This document shows, in pieces, positions 1 through 7,816 of a stretch of DNA of 10,691 nt (position 1 is its first letter; every line of letters starts with the position of its first letter). Source of the stretch: Octopus sinensis (lineage: Eukaryota); assembly GCF_006345805.1 (NCBI RefSeq), contig NW_021827338.1, positions 1-10,691 of the forward strand, written 5' to 3'. The translations under genes were made by a program, and so were the position numbers. The notes below the pieces were generated by a model. That model was not told where the DNA came from. It searched no databases and saw nothing but the letters and a program-made list of their open reading frames with translations.

Positions 1-45
1 AGAGAGAGAGCGACAAACAGATAGACGGACAGACTGACAGACAGA
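1..45. repeat. (AG)n/(GACA)n simple repeat, cut by the window start
   Basis: agagagagag...agacggacagactgacagacaga seen directly. Confidence 0.85.
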
Positions 46-224
46 AGATCAGAAATCATACAGGTAGGAAGATTCACAGACAGGTAAAACTATTCTGTGG
101 TAGACGATTAAGAAGGATATAAGACATAGATAAATACAGGTGGGAATACATAGATCGATATGTTTCTGCAAGTAAATGTAGCTGATACCTGGTGTTCATT
201 TGTGGACTTCCTTCCTCCTTCAAG

Positions 225-463
225 ACATACATATATATATATATGTATAAGCATACACCTATGCATATATATATATGTGTGTGTGTGTGTATGCTTCAAA
301 TGAGGAGTAGAAACCGACAACTGATGAAGGGTTTTTTCTCTGTGTTTACTTGTCTAGTTTACTATTTTTTCTTGTTGTTTACGTATTTCATGTTATTTGC
401 ACCGTGGTGACGTCCGGTACCCATACATATATGTGTATGTATGTATGTATATATCTATATATA

Positions 464-522
<59 letters not shown>

Positions 523-720
523 CACATATAATATGATATATATGTGTGTATATATTTATATTTATATATATAACATTTAAACATATATAGTACATGTATA
601 CATACATATATATATTCATACATATACATACATATATTTTCATACATATATATATATATATATATATACATTATAATCACGCACACACACTCTCACACAC
701 ACATATATATATATATATTC
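225..720. repeat. (TA)n/(TG)n/(CA)n microsatellite cluster with a short non-repeat island at about 295-421
   Basis: Long TA, TG and CA dinucleotide runs seen directly. They account for the YIYI/HTHT ORFs in the track. Confidence 0.95.
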
Positions 721-824
721 ACACGTGTAAATACAAACATACATTATCGTAACAAGCACAATATACGTATGCGTGGATGGTTACAGAGACACATTCATAA
801 AGAAAATGTCACCTGCACACATAA

Positions 825-831
825 GCACTCA

Positions 832-862
<31 letters not shown>

Positions 863-916
863 TACTTACCGTTGTTTGCAGACTTTTTTTTGTTTCTTCT
901 CTCTCTTTCTCTCTAT
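825..916. repeat. (CA)n and (CT)n microsatellites
   Basis: cacacacaca at about 825-862 and ctctctttctctct at about 898-914. Confidence 0.9.
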
Positions 917-1060
917 AGAACTACGCACAATGGCTGCAACGGTTCATTGGCGATGAACGATGGCCTTTTTTTTAATCTCGCTTACCAGTACTTCAGTAAA
1001 CTTTAAACAACGCTGACAGCAACATGGCCAACCGGAAATACGGTAACCGCTGAAGCGCTG

Positions 1061-1165
1061 CACAACAACAACAACAATATCAACAACAACAACAACAACG
1101 ATGACAACATCAACAACGACGACATTGATGATGACAACAGCATTTTCACCACCACCATCACTACC

Positions 1166-1214
<49 letters not shown>

Positions 1215-1252
1215 ATACTACTACTACTGATGCTGCTGCTGCTGCTGCTGCC
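1061..1252. repeat. Compound trinucleotide microsatellite (AAC)n-(GAC/GAT)-(ACC)n-(ACT)n-(GCT)n
   Basis: In-phase trinucleotide blocks seen directly. Confidence 0.95.
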
Positions 1253-1384
1253 GAAAACAATAATAAGAAAGACGAGTAGACTGTGTACGGTCGTTCGATC
1301 TGCGAGTACTAGCAGCCAAAGTTTCTAATATTAAGTTGTAACCCCTTAAAATTGTAAATAAACATGGATGAGATTTGTACCTGC

Positions 1385-1462
1385 TTCTCTGTCTATTTGC
1401 CTGTTCATCTCTCTGTCTGTCTGTCTGTCTATGTTTCTCCCTATCTATCTATCTATCAATCA

Positions 1463-1532
<70 letters not shown>

Positions 1533-1610
1533 ATGTGTCTATCTATCTATATGTGAGTGTGTATATATACACATATATATATGTATATATGTGTGTATAT
1601 ATATTATGTA
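1385..1610. repeat. (TCTG)/(TATC)n tetranucleotide and (TA/TG) microsatellite
   Basis: Long pure TATC run at about 1455-1530, flanked by degenerate repeats. Confidence 0.95.
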
Positions 1611-1769
1611 AGATATAAATTAGAGATTATGCAACCATCTAAGGGATAGATGTATCCGTAGGCAATCCTAGTGTATTACCTCACTATGTATAGTCCTAGT
1701 TACAAGGTATACTGTAGTAGGTAATTTAAAGGTAAAACTGCGGTTTAATATATATAGAGACGATAAGAA

Positions 1770-1892
1770 ATGGAGTAGTAATTAAACATGAGAAGTGGAT
1801 CATTGGTGTTAAAAAGCCATTGTTTAATTGTAGTTTAAACAATGACTTTTAAACACCAATGATCCACTTCTCATTGTTAATTATTGCTCCAT
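1770..1892. repeat. Long inverted repeat (foldback): 58-bp arms, 7-nt loop
   Basis: Manual alignment: 1770-1827 matches the reverse complement of 1835-1892 at 52 of 58 positions. The loop is TTGTAGT. Confidence 0.95.
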
Positions 1893-1895
1893 AAC

Positions 1896-1896
1896 T

Positions 1897-1931
<35 letters not shown>

Positions 1932-2105
1932 ACTATATATATATATGTGAATATATATATATATATACATATATATTTAAACATACATACACACACACAT
2001 ACAAGTGCGCGCACACACACTCACACATACAAGTGCGCGCACACACACTCACACATACAAGTGCGCGCACACACACTCACACGCACACACACACACATAT
2101 ATATA
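1896..2105. repeat. (CT)n-(TA)n-(CA)n microsatellites containing a 3x28-bp minisatellite
   Basis: ACAAGTGCGCGCACAC starts at 2001, 2029 and 2057 (period 28). Confidence 0.95.
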
Positions 2106-2935
2106 CCAGCCTTGAAGCCGCCCTTCGGGCAGCAATTAGAATGGCTCTTGTCTCTGGTTCCACTATCGGGCCGCAAAGCGGGTCTCTACCTTTGTGTAGT
2201 GAAACTTATATCTTGAAATGTGCTAAGCACTGACGCTGATCATAGTTTAAACACAGAATCGAGGTAAATGCAGTGACGCCCCATTTAAGCGACCCTTCAG
2301 AAATTGAATCTCCTTACGATACTCCCTGGGAGCTCGCGGTATGAAATTCATTGTCATTGCTCCGATTTGGTCGCCAATGCTATGTATTTAGTTTAAAATA
2401 CAGCAAAAATAGGGTGTCAGGGGGCCCCTAATTAAACGCCCCTTAAAAAATAGACCCTTTTAGGACATTCCTTGGGATTAGGGAAGTTGCTGGTTTTAGG
2501 TTCGTTGTCCTTGCACCAACGGTCTAGGAGGAATTAATGAACATAAAAACGTAGCGGACAGAGAAACATCAGCAAAAAGCACCCCCGTCCAATGAACGGT
2601 GCTGAGTTGTCAAACACTTAAACCAAATTTTCTTAAAACAACTTGTCCGACCGTCCCATAGGCCTCCCCTTTGAGAAACACTGATTTAGACAATATTGAG
2701 ACACCGTGCATTTTTCTCGCGTACGAGTAGTATCGATCGCAACAGCTGATGTACCTGCGCGTACAAATGCATGTTCCCACGGCTTTATCGATCGCATTCT
2801 CACCTGGAATCGATTTTTGTAATTTTTTCAAGACTTATACACGCTCTGATACTTTCGGTATTTACGTATCAAATTTGAGTGCAATCGGATGCCCGAGATC
2901 CTAGATGACACACAGACAGATAGACAGAAGGGATT

Positions 2936-2945
<10 letters not shown>
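2106..2945 (-). mobile_element. Probable non-autonomous Helitron (about 840 bp, no coding capacity)
   Basis: The minus strand ends GCTGCCC-GAA-GGGCGGC (hairpin, 2117-2133), 7 nt, then CTGG followed by T (2109-2106, T at 2105), matching the Helitron hairpin + CTRR + T target signature. The other end is TATAAAATCCCTT followed by a (TCTG)-like repeat, running into (AT)n. The 5' TC dinucleotide is not resolved. Confidence 0.55.
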
Positions 2946-2966
<21 letters not shown>

Positions 2967-3282
2967 GTATTAATTGATGGAGGGAACACCGTATTTCGTT
3001 TTGCAGCCACAATATGGTGTTGTCAAGTATATTAAAAGTTTATAAGTAACTACTGTTTTCTACCTGTGTTAGCAGTGCGATTAAAGAGTTTCGTGAATGA
3101 TCAATGGGTTTGATATGGTGCTGCGGAAGGCGCAATAACTCTTGAGCTATGCATATTAACTTAGTTTTAATCGCATTATTTTCACAGATGCATTCGTATT
3201 TGAAACTTCGGTGTTGGCTCTAATACTTTTTTCAAAATCTGCAGAAAGAACTTTAAAGAAAGTTATAGGATAGTGAATTATA

Positions 3283-3670
3283 GGCGTAGGAGTGGCTGCG
3301 TGGTAAGTAGTTTGCTTACCAACCACATGGTTCCAGGTTCAGTCCCACTGCGTGGCACCTTGGGCAAGTGTCTTCTACTGTAGCCTCCGGCCGACCAGAC
3401 CCTTTTGAGTGGATTTGCTAGACGGAAACCGAAAGAAGCCCGTCGTATATATGTATGTATATATATGTGTGTGTGTGTGTGTGCTTGTCCCCCCAATATC
3501 GCTTGAAAACCGATGCTGGTGTGTTTACGTCCTCGTAACTTAACGGTTCGGCAAAACTGACCGATAGAATAGGCTTACAAAAAAGTCCTGGGGTCGATTT
3601 GCTCGACTAAAGGCGGTGCTCCAGCATGGCCACAGTCAAATGACTGAAAGAAGTAAAAGAGTAAAAAAGT
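3283..3670 (+). mobile_element. tRNA-derived SINE, family A, apparently full length
   Basis: A-box TGGCTGCGTGG (3293-3303) and B-box GGTTCAGTCCC (3336-3346). GGCACCTTGGGCAAGTG resembles the CORE-SINE domain. There is a central TA/TG microsatellite and a 3' tail ending GACTGAAAGAAGTAAAAGAGTAAAA. The head is shared with 6605-6770 and the tail with 3679-3808. Confidence 0.85.
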
Positions 3671-3678
3671 ATTCCATT

Positions 3679-3808
3679 ACTTGTTTCAGTCATTTGACTG
3701 CAGCCATGCTGGAGCACTGCCTAAAGTTTTTAATCGAAGAAAAACTGACCCCAGGAGTTTGTAATCGAAGTACTTATTCTATCGTCACTTTTGCCGAATC
3801 GCTAAGTT
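3679..3808 (-). mobile_element. 5'-truncated 3' tail of SINE family A, inverted relative to the adjacent copy
   Basis: The reverse complement aligns to 3539-3654. The innermost 43 nt match at 39 of 43 positions. Confidence 0.85.
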
Positions 3809-4385
3809 TTCGAAGCCAAGTTTTCTGTTTGGGCTAAATTTTTAAATAGTTTTTCAGCATTTTCAAGCTGTTGTGAAATATTAAAAAAATAAATTTGTGA
3901 TATATTTTTGAAAATACTTTAAATCTCTTCACCTCTTTTTCTCGCCACCGCCTTATCCTCATACCAGCATGGGTTATCCTGTTTAAATTGGTTTAAAACA
4001 TATGTACGATGTTGTGTGTGAAATGATTGCATGAAAGAGTGAGCAAAATGAGTAAAAAAAAAACCAAAAACCAAAAATTTCTTTTTGTATAGGCTACTTT
4101 TTATACGTATTTTCACTTTAAATATATAGAAATCTACAATAATTGTTAGACTTTCGCACAATAAAATTTACAATCTCATTATAGAAAAGTGCTCTAAAAT
4201 ATTCACTTTCCTTTGATGATGGCTATATCCATGTAAGAGTAATGAAACATCAATGGGTAATGTCGTCTGTTCGTCAATGAAACATCATTTGATCATGTCC
4301 ACTGCTAAAGAATTTTACTCCCAGGCGAGAGAGATGTTGAAAGAATGACACAAAGTTTGATGTTGCTCAGCTTGCCTCTTGGGTA

Positions 4386-4670
4386 AACACACACACACAC
4401 CACACACACACACACAACACACACACACACACACCACACAACACACACACACACACACACACAAACACACCATACACACACACACACACACACATAGGCG
4501 CGCACTCACATACAGAGAGAGACGGAGAGAAGTGATATATGCATGTACGTACGTATGAAAAGTAGAAAGATAAATTTTTAGATAGAGAGAGAGAGAGAGA
4601 GGAAGAGAGAGACAGAGAGAAGAAGGGAGAGAGAGGAAAAGAGAGATAGATAGATAGAGAGAATTGCAAA
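4386..4670. repeat. (CA)n followed by (GA)n/(GATA) microsatellites
   Basis: Seen directly. Explains the CVCV and SLSL ORFs in the track. Confidence 0.95.
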
Positions 4671-4789
4671 GTTGTCAAGAAATTTAATTAAGTAGCTTTC
4701 CGAATATGGGCACACGCCCGCAATATTTGAGAGCAATGGTACAGTCGATTGCTGTTATCTCATTAATTGGCTGGAATTTACTGTATCGA

Positions 4790-5109
4790 CCTATATAGCA
4801 CCTTCAGACGATCACCTCTTCGGCCCCATGAAAGAGGGTTTGAGAGGCAAACATTATTCTAGTGACGAGGAAGGGAAGCCTGTAGTGAAGAAGTGGCTCA
4901 AACAACAGTCCACAGAATTTTACAGGGCAAGTCTACATGCTCTCATTCGAAGGTGGAACATTGCTATTGAGAGAAACGGTGACTATGTTGAGAAGTAGGG
5001 ATGTGATCCACAAAGGACCAGCTTCCTTTTGATGTATGATACATGTTCCTGTGTTGGTAATTATACTTGTCCTGAACAAAATGGCATTACTTTTTGACTC
5101 ACCCTCGTA
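4790..5109 (+). mobile_element. Mariner (Tc1/mariner) DNA transposon, 3' fragment with right TIR and TA
   Basis: A transposase C-terminus is followed by ...GGCATTACTTTTTGACTCACCCTCG|TA (TA at 5108-5109). Its reverse complement TA-CGAGGGTGAGTCAAAAAGT is a mariner-type terminus. No left TIR was seen in the window. Confidence 0.9.
4795..4998 (+). pseudogene. Mariner transposase C-terminal fragment (not in the ORF track)
   Basis: Manual translation: IAPSDDHLFGPMKEGLRGKHYSSDEEGKPVVKKWLKQQSTEFYRASLHALIRRWNIAIERNGDYVEK*. This matches the mariner (YSPD)LAPSDYHLF motif and the W...I...GDY end. Confidence 0.9.
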
Positions 5110-5173
5110 CTTTTTCACCGGCGGAACTCAAATGTGATGTGAGTTATCAACCAGTGGTGACTCCGGCACTCGG

Positions 5174-5221
5174 GCTGATTTAATTTCTGCAAGCTGATTT
5201 AATTTCTGCCAACACTGATTT
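5174..5221. repeat. Short tandem duplication, period 19
   Basis: GCTGATTTAATTTCTGC at 5174 and 5193, plus a partial third CTGATTT. Confidence 0.85.
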
Positions 5222-5639
5222 CAAGTATGTAATTGCAGTCAATAACTCGGACTCCTTTTATTGAGCCTAGTCGCAGTTTATTTATTTTCATTTAGCGTCT
5301 TCGAGGTGCCCTGTGTCAAAAAATATCATTGGTAGCGGAAGTTCTCCCGGCATCGTTTAAACACGCCTGACTCGGGTTCAAAAGTTACAGCCCGAGTTCT
5401 TATCTATAATCATTGAAATTAAAAGTAATTCAAATTCAATGTTTTCTTGAAACAATAAATTACTATAGAGATTAGGATTTAAATTCCAATCTATGTAAAA
5501 TTTCCGTTCTTCAATATTCTTAAAGGAACGAAAAAACTTTCTGTGATGAGCTCGAGTGGCGTTGATGACGTGGAGTCGCCTCTGATACCAACCATACCGT
5601 GTAGGATATTGGCTAAAAAAAAACAAAAAAACGAACGCA

Positions 5640-6221
5640 TTTAGAATCTTTTCTACCCTCAGCACAAGGCTCGAAATTTGTGTGGGGAGGAGGACAGTCG
5701 ACCTCAGTACGCAACTGGTGCTTAACTTATCGACCGCGAAAGTATGAAAAGCAAAGTCGACCTTGGTGGAATTTGAACTCGGAACGTAAAGAAAGACGAA
5801 ATACCTATTTCTTTACTACCCACAAGGGGCTACACACAGAGGGGACAAACAAGGACAGACAAACGGATTAAGTTGATTACATCGATCCCAGTGCGTAAAT
5901 GGTACTTATTTAATCGACCCCGAAAGGATGAAAATCAAAGTCGACCTCGGCGGAACTTGAACTCAGAAAGTAGCTGCAGACGAAATACCTATTTCTTTAC
6001 TACCCATAAGGGGCTAAACACGGAGGAGACACACAAGAACAGACATAGGGATAAAGTCGATTATATCGACCCCAGCGTTCAGCTGGTATGTTTTTATCGA
6101 CTTCGAAAGGATGAAAGGTAAAGTCGACCTCGGCGGAATTTGAACCCAGAACGTAGCTGCAGACGAAATACCGCTAAGCATTTCGTCCGGCGTGCTAACA
6201 TTTTTGCCAGCTCGCCGCCTT
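5640..6221 (-). mobile_element. tRNA-derived SINE, family B, with its roughly 184-bp body in three tandem units
   Basis: The minus-strand head is GGCGGCGAGCTGGCAAAAATGTTAGC (A-box-like). B-box-like G(G/A)GTTCAA(A/G)TTCC lies at 6135-6147, 5952-5964 and 5768-5780, each followed by GGTCGACTTT...TTTCAT.CTTTCG...TCGAT. One tail ends GCCTTGTGCTGAGGGTAGAAAAGATT. Confidence 0.8.
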
Positions 6222-6386
6222 CGAACAGCCTTAGAATGATAATAAAACTGTAGGCTTGTAAGTCACTTGCAGAACTTAGGAGCCACACGAGACGGCATCA
6301 GCGATGGGGAGACCAAACTTGAGATGTACCTTAACGTGAAATGGGACCACAAAGCGGGCTCACTTGGTCACTGGTCGACTGGCTCC

Positions 6387-6546
6387 ATGTATGTATGTAT
6401 GTATGTATGTATGTATGTATGTATGTATCTATCTATCTATCTAGCTATCTATCCATTTACTAGTATGTTGTTTGTATTTATTTAGGTATGTATTTATATA
6501 TATGTAGTATATATATATTATATATATATATGTTATATATATATAT
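6387..6546. repeat. (ATGT)n-(ATCT)n-(TA)n microsatellites
   Basis: Seen directly. Confidence 0.95.
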
Positions 6547-6604
6547 TCCCAACCACATTCTCTAAACGAATATTTACATATACATTGCATTTTCTATATA
6601 TAAG

Positions 6605-6852
6605 GGCGCAGGCGTGGCTGTGTGGCAAGAAGCTTCCTTCTCAACCACATGGGACCAGTTTCAAACTCACTGCCTGGTATCTTAGGTAAGTGTCTTCTAT
6701 AATAGCCTCAGGCCGACCGGAGCCTTGTGAATTGATTTGGTAGATGGAAACTGAAAGAAGCCCGTCGTATATATATATATATGTTTATGTACATTCGTTC
6801 ATAAATGCTTGTATGTGTGTGTATACATACATACATACATACTATATATATA
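6605..6852 (+). mobile_element. SINE family A, 5' half only (head to central microsatellite)
   Basis: GGCGCAGGCGTGGCTGTGTGG...GGAAACTGAAAGAAGCCCGTCGTATAT is homologous to 3283-3450. The B-box is decayed. The sequence switches to the Penelope-like element end at 6853. Confidence 0.82.
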
Positions 6853-6901
6853 TTTGTAAAAAATGAAGTTCGAAAATGCTGCTGTATTATACAATTTTTA
6901 A

Positions 6902-6972
6902 TTTTTATATATACATTATAACATGTTTCAGTTCCTGAAATGAACCTTATCAAAAAAAGTTATATATAAAAA
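6902..6972 (-). ncRNA. Minimal type I hammerhead ribozyme-like motif (variant core U3/A8)
   Basis: The minus strand reads UUGAUAA-GGUUC-AUUUCAG-GAACU-GAAAC-AU-GUU. Stem II is GUUC/GAAC closed by G-U, stem III is palindromic ACAUGU, and the predicted cleavage is after GUU at 6920. Flanks pair as stem I (6962-6972 with 6912-6902, 11 bp, plus a loose proximal part). It sits at a PLE 3' end, where such motifs are known. Confidence 0.62.
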
Positions 6973-7038
6973 AAGACAGCTCATGCCGTCAAACACAAGA
7001 AATTCATTTATAATACACAACGGAGTCAGACATCTTAG

Positions 7039-7081
7039 AGTTCATGTATAGTTGATATACAGTTCATGTATAGTTGATATA
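7039..7081. repeat. 22-bp tandem duplication inside the pLTR
   Basis: AGTTCATGTATAGTTGATATA(C) at 7039 and 7061. Confidence 0.9.
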
Positions 7082-7284
7082 TAGTTTGAAGTATATGTTC
7101 AAAGTGTTCGATGCAGTGGCCCACGGTGGCGATACGTATTCAATACAAAAAACAGATCAAAGTGGTGGAAAGCGGTCAATACAGAAGATTGATGTTTCCG
7201 AAAGAGCGAGGAATTCATTTTTACCTTAAGCAATTGTGCTGACCCATGGTGGATGTTCGCTGGGTGGATCTAGTGAGTTTTGTG

Positions 7285-7291
7285 AAGTGCT
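7285..7291 (-). promoter_or_regulatory. Candidate TATA box of the pLTR promoter
   Basis: TATAAAA on the minus strand, about 42 bp downstream of the last CRE/CCAAT module. Confidence 0.5.
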
Positions 7292-7332
7292 CGGTTTTAT
7301 AATGCCTGTTAGGTGGTCAATCCAGCGTAGCG

Positions 7333-7666
7333 TGACGTCATCAACGTTTTGACCAATCGTTTCGTTAGGTGGCTTTATTCAAGCAGAACGGGACGTCATC
7401 ATCATTTTGACCAATCGCTGCATTATAACTGCCTCTTGTTTGTTTCCTGTTTTGACCAGTCGCTTCGTTAGTCAAATAGAACGGGACGTCATCCAGATTC
7501 TGCCCAATCACGACTTATAGCTACATTAGATCTGCCCCCTGTCTGTACTTGTTAGGTGACTAGTCAAGCAGAAAAGGACGTCATCAATATTCTGACTAAT
7601 GACTGTCCCCTGTTTGTATCCTGTCCATTCTAGCAGAGCTAGACGTCATCAACTTGTTGACCAATC
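7333..7666. promoter_or_regulatory. Array of five GACGTCATC-N10-CCAAT composite sites (CRE/ATF-like plus NF-Y-like)
   Basis: GACGTCATC starts at 7334, 7392, 7485, 7577 and 7642. CCAAT starts at 7353, 7411, 7504, 7596 (CTAAT variant) and 7661. The offset is 19 nt in all five. The first site is a perfect TGACGTCA. Confidence 0.62.
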
Positions 7667-7816
7667 AGAATCGGGTCTGACCCTTAGCTGTATCGTATGT
7701 ATCAGGGTCAGATTTGCACGAATAATTTTTTTCCTTTTTTACTAAGGTATTTCCGGCAGACGAGAGCGGCCGTGGTGGAATTTTGCTTCTCCTTTTCGGA
7801 GGACTTATCTTTTGTT

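Noticed and set aside
297-421. GAAAC...CTGATGAAGGG resembling hammerhead core pieces, with TGACGTC nearby
   Set aside because: Only 6 nt separate GAAAC from CTGATGA, too few for stem III, cleavage site and stem I, and no closing GAAA follows stem II. It may be a decayed repeat end, but no ribozyme fold can be drawn.
1007-1279. ATG-less plus-strand open frame giving poly-Asn/Asp/Thr/Ala
   Set aside because: Openness is expected from stop-free trinucleotide repeats. There is no start codon and no convincing splice sites.
108-2233. Numerous ORFs of 60-110 aa in the track, on both strands
   Set aside because: Translations are dipeptide or homopolymer runs (YIYI, HTHT, LSIY, poly-V/L) produced by microsatellites. 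No domain motifs or splice support.
2610-2831. 73-aa minus-strand ORF inside the putative Helitron
   Set aside because: No Rep or helicase motifs, and the length is within chance expectation.
3160-3272. Splice-acceptor-like TTATTTTCACAG at 3188 followed by a short open frame
   Set aside because: No strong donor follows, there is no recognisable peptide, and no partner exons are seen in the window.
4212-4290. TGATGA...GAAAC arrangement and duplicated AATGAAACATCA
   Set aside because: It lacks the C/U-UGA-N-GA core with a paired stem II and has no cleavage triplet geometry.
5543-5585. GTGATGA...CTGA resembling C/D snoRNA boxes
   Set aside because: The boxes are only about 40 nt apart and there is no terminal stem.
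5378-5665. 95-aa minus-strand ORF
   Set aside because: TTG start, AT-rich codons and no recognisable motif.
5680-6230. Repeat-spacer appearance suggesting a CRISPR array, and short repeated ORFs
   Set aside because: The units are about 184-bp near-complete duplications of a SINE body with similar rather than unique spacers. The context is eukaryotic with no cas genes.
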